A stretch of 21,664 bases of DNA, from positions 186,001-207,664 of the forward strand of contig JAXLQJ010000009.1 of NCBI GenBank assembly GCA_046331705.1, given 5' to 3'. The position numbers were made by a program, and so were the translations under genes. The notes below the pieces were generated by a model. The model was not told the origin of the DNA and did no database searches. It saw only the letters and a list, made by a program, of their open reading frames with translations. Source of the DNA: a bacterium. Its GTDB lineage: Bacteria; JADJOY01. This document shows, one piece after another, positions 7,944 through 16,809 of this stretch. Positions within the stretch are counted from its first letter, which is position 1. Each line of letters begins with the position of its first letter.

Positions 7944-9527
7944 ATGTCGAGCGCCACTTCTCCCGACGATCGGCCCGAAGCGCCGCCAACCGCGCGGGCT
8001 CCCGCGAAGGTGTGGTCCGGCACGCTTCATGGCGTTGCTGGCCATCCGATTCGCGTGGAGGTCGACGCGCGTCCGAACGGGCTCCCGTCCTTCCAAACCG
8101 TGGGCCTGCCCGACGGCGCGGTGCGCGAGGGCAAGGATCGAATCCGCGCCGCCGTTCGCCACGCCGGCTTCTCTTTCCCCGAAGGACCGGTCACCGTGAA
8201 CCTCGCGCCCGCCGATCTGCGCAAGGACGGCACCGCGCTCGATCTGCCGATCGCGCTCGGGATCCTGGTCGCGTGCGGCGCGGTGCCGGGCACCCGGCTC
8301 GCCGACCACCTCGTGCTCGGCGAGCTCGGCCTCGACGGGACGATCCAGCCCATTCGCGGCGCGCTCTGCCTCGCCGCGGCCGCGAACGAGGCAGGCGTGT
8401 CGCACGTCGTGGTGCCCGCCGAGAACGCGGTGGAAGCGGCCCTCGTCGAAGGAGTGCGCGTCCTCGCCGCGCGGCATCTGCAGGACGTGGCGCGGCATTT
8501 CGCTGGCGACGAGGAGCTGCCCGTGGTGGCGCGGAAGCTGCCCGTGCTCGACGAGGTGAGCCGAAGCCGGGCGCCGGACCTCACGCGCATTCGCGGCCAG
8601 GCCGCCGCCAAGCGCGCGCTGGCGATCGCCGCCGCCGGTGGCCACAACCTGCTCATGATCGGCCCACCCGGCTCGGGAAAGACGCTGCTGGCGCGGGCGC
8701 TGCCCGGGATCCTGCCGCCCATGACGTTCACCGAGGCGATCGAGGCGACTCAGATCCACTCGGTCGCGGGGCGCCTGCGCGCCGGCTCCGGCTTGCTCAC
8801 CGAGCGCCCGTTTCGCTCGCCACACCACACGATCTCCGACGCTGGACTCGCCGGCGGCGGCGGCGTGCCCCGGCCTGGCGAGGTCAGCCTCGCCCACCAC
8901 GGCGTGCTGTTCCTCGACGAGCTGCCGGAGTTCCGGCGCGGAGTGCTCGAGGTGCTGCGCCAGCCCCTCGAGGACGGCCGCGTGGCGATCGGGCGCGCCG
9001 CCATCACCATCGCGTATCCCGCGCGCTTCATGCTGGTCGCCGCGATGAACCCGTGCCCGTGCGGCTACCGAGGCGACCCGCACCGCGCCTGCGTGTGCGA
9101 CCCCGGCGAGGTGCGGCGCTACCGCGGCCGCATCTCCGGGCCGCTCCTCGATCGCATCGACCTCACCGTCCACGTGCCGGCGCCGTCCTACGACGAGCTC
9201 AACGGCCCGCCATCGGGCACCGACAGCGCCGCCGCGCGCACCGAGATCGTGGAAGCGCGGGTGCGTCAGCGGCTGCGCTTCGGCGACGACGAGACCACCA
9301 CCAACGCCGTCATGGACGAAGCCCAGCTCGAGCGCTGGTGCGTCCTCGGCGGCGACGCCGCCGCGCTGCTCAAGCGCGCCATGGATCGATTCAAGCTCTC
9401 GGCGCGCGCCCACGCGCGCATCCTCAAGGTGTCCCGAACCATCGCCGATCTCGCGGCGCACGATCGCATCGACGTCGCCCACGTCGCGGAAGCGATCCAG
9501 CTGCGCTGCTGGGAGGAACCGTCATGA
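7944..9527 (+). CDS. comM: ComM/YifB family Mg-chelatase-like AAA+ ATPase (DNA branch-migration helicase)
   Basis: VGLPDGAVRE, VTVNLAPADLRKDG, GELGLDG, GGHNLLMIGPPGSGKT, RPFRSPHH, PGEVSLAHHGVLFLDELPEF, AMNPCPCG, SGPLLDRID, LSARAHARILKVSRTIADL. Confidence 0.96.
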   Translation: MSSATSPDDRPEAPPTARAPAKVWSGTLHGVAGHPIRVEVDARPNGLPSFQTVGLPDGAVREGKDRIRAAVRHAGFSFPEGPVTVNLAPADLRKDGTALDLPIALGILVACGAVPGTRLADHLVLGELGLDGTIQPIRGALCLAAAANEAGVSHVVVPAENAVEAALVEGVRVLAARHLQDVARHFAGDEELPVVARKLPVLDEVSRSRAPDLTRIRGQAAAKRALAIAAAGGHNLLMIGPPGSGKTLLARALPGILPPMTFTEAIEATQIHSVAGRLRAGSGLLTERPFRSPHHTISDAGLAGGGGVPRPGEVSLAHHGVLFLDELPEFRRGVLEVLRQPLEDGRVAIGRAAITIAYPARFMLVAAMNPCPCGYRGDPHRACVCDPGEVRRYRGRISGPLLDRIDLTVHVPAPSYDELNGPPSGTDSAAARTEIVEARVRQRLRFGDDETTTNAVMDEAQLERWCVLGGDAAALLKRAMDRFKLSARAHARILKVSRTIADLAAHDRIDVAHVAEAIQLRCWEEPS

Positions 9528-9709
9528 AATACGTCTGGAACATCGTGGAACGCGAAGGCATGGAACGCCCGTTCTGGAACCGCATCGGGGTGGCGTTCGA
9601 GAACTCCGACGGCTCGCTCAACGTGCGACTCGATTGCCTGCCCTTGAACGGCAAGCTCCACATCCGCGACCGCAAGGAGCAAGAGCGCGGCCCCGAGCCG
9701 CCGGGGTGA
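9524..9709 (+). CDS. 61-aa small protein of unknown function (W.RIG.AF.N.DGS....LD..P..G pattern)
   Basis: ATG overlaps the comM stop (ATGA); GGAGGA SD at 9512-9517; GC3-rich codons; MKYVWNIVEREGMERPFWNRIGVAFENSDGSLNVRLDCLPLNGKLHIRDRKEQERGPEPPG. Hidden at the end of the 7859..9709 track ORF. Confidence 0.85.
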   Translation: MKYVWNIVEREGMERPFWNRIGVAFENSDGSLNVRLDCLPLNGKLHIRDRKEQERGPEPPG

Positions 9710-9873
9710 GTCCACGCACGGCGGCGGGTCCCGCCGCTCGCGCGCGACGCCGAGCGGCACCCCTCAGGCGCGTTCCGACGCACGACCGCCTTCGCTCGGC
9801 GCCGGCGAAGCGGCGTCCTCGACCGACGGCGCTTGCTGGGCTCGTGGCGGCGTGGTAGCCCCGGCGGCTCGCC

Positions 9874-10881
9874 ATGGGCCGATCCCATTCATCCCGAGCT
9901 GCGCCGACACGAGCGCTCGAGCTGCGGCCGATCCGCGTGCCGGGCGTTCGCATCGGGCACGCGACCGACGCGGTCGGTGGCACGGGCGTCACGGTGGTGC
10001 TGGCCGAGGACGGCGCGATCGCGGGCGCGCACGTCGCGGGCTTCGCTTCGGGCACGCGCCAGGTCGACTCGCTCGAGCCCACGCACCTGGTGCCCACGGT
10101 GCACGCGATCGTGCTCGCGGGAGGCAGCGGCTTCGGCCTCGACGCCTCCCAGGGCGCGGCGGCGTACCTGGAGGAGCGCGGACGCGGCTTCCCGGTCGGT
10201 CGGCGGGTGGTGCCGATCGTGCCCACGGCGGTGCTCTTCGACCTCAACGTCGGCGACGCCCGCGCCGTGCCCACTCCCGCGATGGCACGCGCGGCCTGCG
10301 AGACCGCGCGTGCCGATCGTGTGGCCGTGGGCTGCGTCGGCGCGGGGACCGGCGCCACCTGCGGCAAGCTCCTCGGCGTCGCGTGCGCCACCAAGGGTGG
10401 GCTCGGGATCGCCACGGGCACGCTTCCCGATGGCACCGCGCTGCTGGCCCTGGCGGTGGTCAATCCATACGGCGACGTCGTCGACCCGCTGAGCGGCCGT
10501 CCCATCGCCGGCACGCGGCGCGCACCGAGGTCGCGTGCGCTCGCCGGCTCGACGCGGCTGATCCGCGATCCGAAGCGCATCCAGCGCGCGAGCTTTCAGA
10601 ACACGACGCTGGTGGTGGTCGCGACCGACGCGCGGCTCGACAAGCTCGGTGCGTCGCGGCTCGCGCGCATGGCGGCCTCCGGGATGCTGCGCGCGCTCGG
10701 GCCCGCGCCCACGCTCTACGACGGCGACGTGGTGTTCGCGCTCTCCACCGGCGAGCGCGCCGCCGATCCCAACGCCCTGGGCGCCTGCGCCGCGGATCTG
10801 GTGAGCGAGGCGATCGTCGACGCGGCCCGGACCGCGACCCCGATGTTCGGCCTTCCCGCGGCGCGCGACCTACGCCCCTGA
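9874..10881 (+). CDS. P1 family (DmpA/S58-like) self-processing peptidase / Ntn-like hydrolase
   Basis: VPGVRIGHATD, GTGVTVVL, GTRQ, HAIVLAGGSGFGLDA, VPIVPTAVLFDL, VGAGTGATCGK, NPYGD, NTTLVVVATDA (N|T cleavage-site type), DGDVVFALSTG. The exact start is uncertain. Confidence 0.92.
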   Translation: MGRSHSSRAAPTRALELRPIRVPGVRIGHATDAVGGTGVTVVLAEDGAIAGAHVAGFASGTRQVDSLEPTHLVPTVHAIVLAGGSGFGLDASQGAAAYLEERGRGFPVGRRVVPIVPTAVLFDLNVGDARAVPTPAMARAACETARADRVAVGCVGAGTGATCGKLLGVACATKGGLGIATGTLPDGTALLALAVVNPYGDVVDPLSGRPIAGTRRAPRSRALAGSTRLIRDPKRIQRASFQNTTLVVVATDARLDKLGASRLARMAASGMLRALGPAPTLYDGDVVFALSTGERAADPNALGACAADLVSEAIVDAARTATPMFGLPAARDLRP

Positions 10882-10925
10882 CCTGGCGCCGCCGCGTCAC
10901 TCGGATCGGCGAGCGGCGGCGTCCG

Positions 10926-11432
10926 TCACGCGATCGGCTGATCGAAGCGCTTCGCGGCGAGCTCGACGCGGGTCATCGGCGCCGAGCGCCGACACGTGCC
11001 GCACTCGCCTTCGATCCCCGTCTCCATGAGCTCGGGCGGCACGAGGATCACACCGTACTGATCGCATTTGCGGCAGCGGAACTCGACCAGGACGGCACCG
11101 CGGGGATCGAGGTCCGCGGTGAGTGGCACGCTGCGCAGACGCGCGATCGGCTCGGGCGCGGGCTTGGGCGGCTTCGCTGGCGTGGTCGCCGCTTGGGGTG
11201 GCGAGACCGCGGCGCGTGGCTCGGCGCCGTCGCTTTGGGCCGCGTCGAGCGCGCTCGCGGCGGCCTGCGTCTCGGGCGCACCGGCGTCCCACGGCTGCCG
11301 GCTCGATCCGGGATCATCCAGCGATGGCGCCGGCGCCGCGGACGCGATCCCCAGCAGCACTTCACCGCATTTCCTGCACGTCGCGCGTTCCGCTTGCACG
11401 AAACCGCAGCGTTCGCAGCGCACCGATCTCAC
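10926..11432 (-). CDS. 168-aa protein with two predicted C4 zinc ribbons joined by a Pro/Ala-rich linker
   Basis: GTG 11432 overlaps the AAA gene TGA (GTGA), with GGAGG upstream. CERC-x9-CRKC at the N-terminus and CRKC-x20-CGTC near the C-terminus. It is the 3' part of the 10926..12122 track ORF. Confidence 0.75.
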   Translation of the reverse strand: MRSVRCERCGFVQAERATCRKCGEVLLGIASAAPAPSLDDPGSSRQPWDAGAPETQAAASALDAAQSDGAEPRAAVSPPQAATTPAKPPKPAPEPIARLRSVPLTADLDPRGAVLVEFRCRKCDQYGVILVPPELMETGIEGECGTCRRSAPMTRVELAAKRFDQPIA

Positions 11433-13012
11433 GCATCCTCCGTCGCGGGCCGTTCCACGTCCGCCAGCGTCTCCGCGATCATGTCCTTGAGCCGATTGTC
11501 GAGGCACGCGGGGCGCGCGCGCTTCTCCGCCCACTCGCGCAGCTGGTCGATCTGCTCGGCCATCGTGACCGCAAGCGGCACCGAGCCCTTCATCGCCACC
11601 AGCACGTCCTTCGTCCCGGGCTCGCGGCCATCGGCGAAGGTCTCGTAGCACGCCGCCAGCACGGCTTGCTCGATCTCCGAGCCCGTGAGGCCTGCGGAGG
11701 CACGCGCTAGCGTCGCCAGGTCGAGCTGCGCTGGATCGAGCCGCCGCTTGGCGAGATGGATCGCGAGAATCTGCCGGCGCTCGGCGAGCGTCGGCAGGTC
11801 CACGAAGAAGATCTCGTCGAAGCGGCCTTTGCGGACCAGCTCCGCGGGCAAGCGATCGACGCGGTTCGCGGTCGCCGCCACGAAGACCGGCGCTTTCTTC
11901 TCTTGCATCCACGTGAGGAAGGTCGCGAGCGCGCGCGCCACCGCGCCTTCGCCCTCGCCGCCCGCGTCCGCGAACCCTTTCTCGAGCTCGTCCACCCACA
12001 GCACCACCGGCGCCAGCTTCTCGGCCACCACCAGCGCGCGCTTGAGGCCCTCGTCGCGCCCCTGGCGCTCGGCCCGGATCACCGCGCTCAGATCGAGACG
12101 CACCAGCGGGAAACCCCAGCAATCGGCGATCGCGCGCGACGCCAGGCTCTTGCCGCAGCCCTGGACGCCTAGCAGCAAGAGCCCGGCGGGCGTGGGCAAG
12201 CCGCGGGCGCGGGCCGCCTCGCCGAAAGCCTCGCGGCGACGCTCGATCCAGCGCTTGAGCTCGTCGAGGCCGCCCACGTCACCGAGCCCGAGGCCGGGAT
12301 CCACGAACTCGAGAAGCTCCGAGCGCGCCAGCACGCGGCGCTTCTCGGCGACGATGGCGCGCACCACGTCGTGCTCGGGCGCCCGCGCCACACCGAATGC
12401 CCGCGCCAGCACCCGCGCCGCGGCGCGCTCGGTGAGCCCGAGCAGCGCGCGCTCGATGCGCTCGGCGAGGTCGCGGGCGCCGGGGTCGGCGTCGCCGGCC
12501 GCCCCCGCCGCCGAGGCCGCCGCCGCGGGACGCCAGCGCGCGAGCGCGGCCTTCACCAGCGGACGAAGGTCGCGCCCGTCGGGCAACGGCAGCTCGACGA
12601 TCGCCACCTCGCGCTCGAGCTCCGCCGGCACCACCAGCACCGACGAGAGCAAGAGGATCGCCGAGCGGCGTTCGCCGAGAAGCTCGGCCAGCTCGCGCAG
12701 CCGCCGCACGATCCACGAATCGCCGAGATGGCGGTGGAAGTCGCGCAGCACGAACCAGGTCGGCGCCTCCACCGTGGCGATGTGCTCGAGCAGCGCGCGT
12801 GCGTCGCCGAAACGCGCGGACTCGCCGGCCGCCGCGTCGCTGCCCTCGAGCCCGCGGGTCTCGCTCCAGCCCAGCACCGCCACGCGTGCGCGCTTGGCGA
12901 GGCCGCGGACGTTGCGCTCCCAGCGCGCCTCCTCGGCCGTCACCAGGTAGACGAGCGTATGCCCCGAGCCGAGAAGGGCGTGCAGCTCGTCGAGAGCGGT
13001 GGTGGTGGACAC
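11429..13012 (-). CDS. AAA+ ATPase, Ycf46-like family
   Basis: [29 protein letters not shown], Walker A GVQGCGKS, Walker [54 protein letters not shown]. Confidence 0.93.
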   Translation of the reverse strand: MSTTTALDELHALLGSGHTLVYLVTAEEARWERNVRGLAKRARVAVLGWSETRGLEGSDAAAGESARFGDARALLEHIATVEAPTWFVLRDFHRHLGDSWIVRRLRELAELLGERRSAILLLSSVLVVPAELEREVAIVELPLPDGRDLRPLVKAALARWRPAAAASAAGAAGDADPGARDLAERIERALLGLTERAAARVLARAFGVARAPEHDVVRAIVAEKRRVLARSELLEFVDPGLGLGDVGGLDELKRWIERRREAFGEAARARGLPTPAGLLLLGVQGCGKSLASRAIADCWGFPLVRLDLSAVIRAERQGRDEGLKRALVVAEKLAPVVLWVDELEKGFADAGGEGEGAVARALATFLTWMQEKKAPVFVAATANRVDRLPAELVRKGRFDEIFFVDLPTLAERRQILAIHLAKRRLDPAQLDLATLARASAGLTGSEIEQAVLAACYETFADGREPGTKDVLVAMKGSVPLAVTMAEQIDQLREWAEKRARPACLDNRLKDMIAETLADVERPATEDA

Positions 13013-13038
13013 GGTGGTGGCGGCGTGGAGGGCGCCCG

Positions 13039-13044
13039 AGTCTA
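13039..13044 (-). promoter_or_regulatory. Possible -10 element for the AAA/zinc-ribbon pair
   Basis: TAGACT on the minus strand, 26 nt upstream of GTG 13012; no convincing -35. Confidence 0.3.
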
Positions 13045-13172
13045 CCGCGATCGGCCCCGAGATCTACTCGCCGCGTGCCGAGCGCAGCCGCCCGACCTCC
13101 CGCGAGCGGTGTGCGATCACGGCGCAGCGTCAGCCGCCCGAGCGCCTCCCCCCGAGGTCGTGGAAGCACCGG

Positions 13173-13198
13173 TGTAACGGTGGCGAAGGTCGCGCGAC
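13173..13198 (+). promoter_or_regulatory. Possible ECF-sigma promoter for the DUF692 operon
   Basis: TGTAAC (13173-13178)-N16-CGAC (13195-13198), ~105 nt upstream of ATG 13303; resembles the AAC/CGnn architecture of ECF promoters. Confidence 0.35.
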
Positions 13199-13302
13199 TG
13201 TCGAAGCAGATCTCGCACGGTCCGCCCCGGACCCCGCCGGGACGGGCTTGCTATCCGTCGACGGCATCGGGGAGACTGGCCACTCGACCGGTACACGACG
13301 CC

Positions 13303-14196
13303 ATGACGCGATCCTTGGACATTCCGGCGCTCGGGCACGGCCTCGGCCTGCGCACCGTCCACTACCCCGACATCCTCGGGGGCTCGCCGCGCGTCGACTG
13401 GTTCGAGATCATCTCCGAGAACTTCATGATCCGCGGCGGGCGCCCGCTGTGGGTGCTCGAGCAGGTGCGCGCCCGCTTCCCGATCGTGATGCACGGCGTG
13501 TCGCTCTCGATCGGCTCCACCGATCCCCTCGACCTCGACTACCTGGGCGAGCTTCGCGAGCTGGTGCGGCGCGTCGAGCCGGCGCTGGTCTCCGATCACC
13601 TGTGCTGGACCGGTGTGGGCGGCCACAACACCCACGATCTGCTGCCGCTGCCCTACACCGAGGAGACGCTCGCGCACGTCGCCGAGCGCGTGCTGCGGGT
13701 CCAGGACTTCCTCGGGCGACGCATCCTGATCGAGAACCCGTCGAGCTACATGCGCTTTCGCGCCTCGACGATGACCGAATGGGAGTTCCTCGCGGCGCTC
13801 GCCGCGCGCGCCGACTGCCTGCTGCTGCTCGACGTGAACAACGTGTACGTGAGCGCATTCAACCACGACTTCGACGCCGACGCGTACCTGGCCGGCATCC
13901 CCGCCGAGCGCGTCGCTCAGTTTCACCTCGCGGGCCACACGAATCACGGCCGCTACATCCTGGACACCCACGACCACCCCATCATCGATCCGGTGTGGCA
14001 GCTCTACGAGCGCGCGGTCGAGCGTTTCGGCCCGGTGAGCACCCTCATCGAGCGCGACGACCACATCCCGCCCCTCGCCGAGCTGGAGCGCGAGCTGGAT
14101 CAGGCGCGCCGCATCGCGGAGACCGCACATGCCCGACGCCGGCTGGAATCTCGACCGCACCGAGCGCCTGTTGTGGCGGCTCATCACGGCGCCTGA
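13303..14196 (+). CDS. DUF692 family multinuclear non-heme iron oxidative enzyme (MNIO; BufB/HvfB-like)
   Basis: [70 protein letters not shown]: the expected metal-ligand motifs are present. ATG at 13303. Confidence 0.95.
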   Translation: MTRSLDIPALGHGLGLRTVHYPDILGGSPRVDWFEIISENFMIRGGRPLWVLEQVRARFPIVMHGVSLSIGSTDPLDLDYLGELRELVRRVEPALVSDHLCWTGVGGHNTHDLLPLPYTEETLAHVAERVLRVQDFLGRRILIENPSSYMRFRASTMTEWEFLAALAARADCLLLLDVNNVYVSAFNHDFDADAYLAGIPAERVAQFHLAGHTNHGRYILDTHDHPIIDPVWQLYERAVERFGPVSTLIERDDHIPPLAELERELDQARRIAETAHARRRLESRPHRAPVVAAHHGA

Positions 14197-15034
14197 GGGA
14201 GTCGCGAAAGGGCTCGTCGCCGAGGGCGATCCCCACGGCGCGCTGCTCGCCGAGGTGCTCGAGGGAGACCCGCGCCTGAGCGCCGTCGAGCACCTCGACA
14301 TCTACGCGAACATGTACTTCGCGCGTCTCATCGACGTGCTGCGCAAGGATTTTCCGGTGGTCGAGCGCGCGCTCGGGCCGGTCCACTTCCACAACCTCGT
14401 CACCGACTTCTTGCTCGCGCACCCGCCGAGCCATTACTCGCTGCGCTATCTCGGCGCGCCGTTTCCGTCCTACCTTCGCGACCACGCGCTGGCCCGCGAG
14501 CGGCCGGGGCTCGGCGATCTGGCCGCGTTCGAGTGGGCGCTGGTCGACGTCTTCGACGACGGCGACGCGGCGACCATCGACGCCACCGAGCTGCAGGGCA
14601 TCGCGGCCGACGACTGGCCTTGCTTGGTGCTCGAGCCCATCGCCGCGCTGCGCGTCCTCGATCTCGACGCGGCGGTGCAGGCCACCTGGCTCGCCGCCCA
14701 GGACGCCGACGCGTGCGACCACGACGCTCACGCCGCCGACCACGTACACGACGCTCCGGCGGAACTTCCGCCACCGCGCCCGGGCGGCCAAGCGATGCGG
14801 ATCTGGCGCCGGGAGCACGAGGTGCTGCACCGCGAGATCGACGGGGTCGAGCGGCGCGCGCTCGACGCGCTTCGCGACCGCCGCACGTTCGCCGAGCTCT
14901 GCGAGATCGTCGGCGCGCTCGTCGGCGCGGACGAAGCCCCCGCAAGCGCCGCGACGTTGCTCGCCACCTGGCTGGCCGACGGGCTCGTGGCCAGCGCGAG
15001 GGTGGCGCCCGCCGCGCTCGAGACCGCTGGCTGA
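14129..15034 (+). CDS. DUF2063 family MNIO partner protein (BufC/HvfC-like)
   Basis: [33 protein letters not shown]...[22 protein letters not shown]...; overlaps the DUF692 gene by 68 nt, the canonical gene order. Confidence 0.9.
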   Translation: MPDAGWNLDRTERLLWRLITAPEGVAKGLVAEGDPHGALLAEVLEGDPRLSAVEHLDIYANMYFARLIDVLRKDFPVVERALGPVHFHNLVTDFLLAHPPSHYSLRYLGAPFPSYLRDHALARERPGLGDLAAFEWALVDVFDDGDAATIDATELQGIAADDWPCLVLEPIAALRVLDLDAAVQATWLAAQDADACDHDAHAADHVHDAPAELPPPRPGGQAMRIWRREHEVLHREIDGVERRALDALRDRRTFAELCEIVGALVGADEAPASAATLLATWLADGLVASARVAPAALETAG

Positions 15035-15038
15035 GCCC

Positions 15039-15776
15039 GTGCCAGCCGTCGCCCCGCATGCCGAGCCGCCCTTCGGCGAGCGGCTCGCGTACACGACGCC
15101 ACGCGCCCTCGCGCTGGCGGCGATCGCCGCGCTGCTCGCCTATCCGTCGAGCCTGGTCCTGGCCTCGCGGAACCCGGGGCATCTGCCCGAGGGGCTGGCT
15201 GTGGGCGCGGTCGCCGGCGCGCAAGCGCTGCTGGTCGGCGTCGAGGTCGCGCTGGCTGCGTTCATCGGTCTCATGTGGCGGCAGCGCGCCGGGCTCCCGG
15301 GGTTGCGGCGTGCGCCCACCGCGCCACGGCCGTTGATCCAGCTACCGGCATTCGTCGTCACCGGCGCCGCGCTCGGCGCACTGTCCGGGTTCGCGTTCGA
15401 CCGTGCCCACGCCGCTGCCGCGCCGGGCCTCTACGCGGCGAACGGCGCCGAGGCGCTGGCGCTCTACGCCGGCTCGGTGCTGAGCCAGGAAGCGGTCGCG
15501 CGGATGTGCTTCCTGACGATCCTCGCCGCGCTGCTCGATCGACCGCGCGCGGCGCTCGTGCTGCACGCGCTCTGGACCACGTTCTTCACGTTCACCCTCG
15601 AGCAGCGCTTTCTTCACGCCAGCGCCACGCCCACGGGCCTCGACTGGTGCGGTCTCGCCTTCGGCCTCGCCGCCAACCTGATCTTCGGGGGCGCTTACGC
15701 GAGTCACGGGCTCGCGGGCGCCGTCGTCACCCACGCCGCCTGGAACCTGAAGCTGCTGGTGGTGCGCGCCGGCTGA
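15039..15776 (+). CDS. CPBP (CAAX protease/Abi)-like integral membrane protein with degenerate catalytic motifs
   Basis: About 7 hydrophobic segments; QEAVAR in place of EExxxR; C-terminal FGGAYASHGLAGAVVTHAAWN (HxxxN); starts 4 nt after the DUF2063 stop. Confidence 0.65.
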   Translation: MPAVAPHAEPPFGERLAYTTPRALALAAIAALLAYPSSLVLASRNPGHLPEGLAVGAVAGAQALLVGVEVALAAFIGLMWRQRAGLPGLRRAPTAPRPLIQLPAFVVTGAALGALSGFAFDRAHAAAAPGLYAANGAEALALYAGSVLSQEAVARMCFLTILAALLDRPRAALVLHALWTTFFTFTLEQRFLHASATPTGLDWCGLAFGLAANLIFGGAYASHGLAGAVVTHAAWNLKLLVVRAG

Positions 15777-15840
15777 GGACCGTCCCGCCGATCACCCCCG
15801 CCCGCGCGCGCTCCCGCTCACGACGCACACGCGGCGCGCC

Positions 15841-16809
15841 TCACGGCGGCTCGACGAGATGGAGGTCGACGTCGGGAGCGCGGGCGCCGGAGTCGGAGAC
15901 GATGACGCGCACCCTGGGCAGGATCTCCTCGAGGGTCTCGAGGTAGAGCCGATCGCGGGTTCGCTCCGGCGCATGGCGGTACTCGGCCAGCACCGACAGG
16001 AAGCGATCGCTCTCGCCCTTGGCCGCCTGGATGCGGGCGTCGGCCACCGCCTTGGCCTGCGAGACCACGCCCTGCGCCTCGCCGCGCGCCTTGGGAAGCA
16101 GGTCGTTCGCATAGCCCTTGGCGGCGTTGACGAGGCGACCGCGCTCCGCCTCGGCGTCCTGGACCTGGCGAAACGCGGTGCGCACCGGGCTCGCGGGATC
16201 GATGGACTTGAAGCTCGCGGTGACGATGCGGATCCCCACGCCGTACGCATCGAGGCGAGCGTTGGCGCCCTTCTTGACGCGCTCCAGCACCTCGTTCTGC
16301 CCGGCGGTGAGGACGTGGTCCACGTCCATCTGGCTCAACGTCTCGGTGAAGGCACCCTCGGCGGCGCGCCGCAGCACCAGCCCCGCTTGCTCGGCACCGG
16401 CGTAGAGGTAACGGGCGGGATCCTCGACCACGTACTGAAACACCGCACGCACTTCCACGATGTTGGTGTTGCCCGTCAGCCATTGCGTCTCGGTGGGCGT
16501 CGGGCTGAGCCCGCGTAGATCGTCCGAGATCTTGAAGCCAACGCTCATCGACATGGGCTCGGCGGTCTTGACCTTGGCGGCCCGGCCGAGCGGCGGCGGC
16601 AGGTTCCAGTGGACTCCCGGCGGCACGTGGTCGGAGACGACGCGCCCCAGCGCGATCGCGACGCCCACTTCGCCGGCGCTCGATCTCACCGTGTAGAAGC
16701 CGGTCGCGAGCCACCCCGCGACGACGGCGAGCGCCACGACGAGCGCCGCACGCACCGCGCGCGAGGGCGCGGCGCGTGGTGCCGCCGCGGGCGCTCCCGG
16801 CTCGCTCAC
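15841..16809 (-). CDS. hflK: HflK-like SPFH/band-7 protein
   Basis: Single N-terminal TM then WLATGFYTV, PGVHWNLPPPL, WLTGNTNIVEV, VRTAFRQVQDA, AKGYANDLLPKARGEA, YRHAPERTRDRLYLETLEEIL; GTG overlaps the hflC TGA. Confidence 0.92.
   Translation of the reverse strand: MSEPGAPAAAPRAAPSRAVRAALVVALAVVAGWLATGFYTVRSSAGEVGVAIALGRVVSDHVPPGVHWNLPPPLGRAAKVKTAEPMSMSVGFKISDDLRGLSPTPTETQWLTGNTNIVEVRAVFQYVVEDPARYLYAGAEQAGLVLRRAAEGAFTETLSQMDVDHVLTAGQNEVLERVKKGANARLDAYGVGIRIVTASFKSIDPASPVRTAFRQVQDAEAERGRLVNAAKGYANDLLPKARGEAQGVVSQAKAVADARIQAAKGESDRFLSVLAEYRHAPERTRDRLYLETLEEILPRVRVIVSDSGARAPDVDLHLVEPP

Noticed and set aside
7671-9482. 847-aa minus-strand ORF suggesting a large NUDIX fusion
   Set aside because: The upstream ~600 aa are mostly the antisense shadow of comM. 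Only 6939-7670 has protein-like motifs and its own promoter candidate.
7859-9523. 616-aa ORF overlapping comM
   Set aside because: Arg-rich off-frame read-through. Only the last 61 codons have an SD, an ATG and normal composition.
9710-9873. GC-rich hairpins (CTTCGC...GCGAAG) as an ncRNA or terminator
   Set aside because: No U-tract and no recognisable RNA family motif; such hairpins are expected by chance at this GC content.
9852-11648. Long alternative-frame ORFs (this one, plus 284..1960, 5507..6952, 17717..20023, 20207..21574 and similar)
   Set aside because: Arg/Gly/Ala/Pro-rich shadow frames expected from stop-codon scarcity at very high GC. Each overlaps a well-supported gene.
13013-13302. 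Possible MNIO precursor peptide in the intergenic gap (e.g. the frame ending TAA 13177, ...[20 protein letters not shown]...)
   Set aside because: No SD, no signal peptide, poor codon bias and no bufferin-like Cys spacing; it also overlaps the likely promoters.
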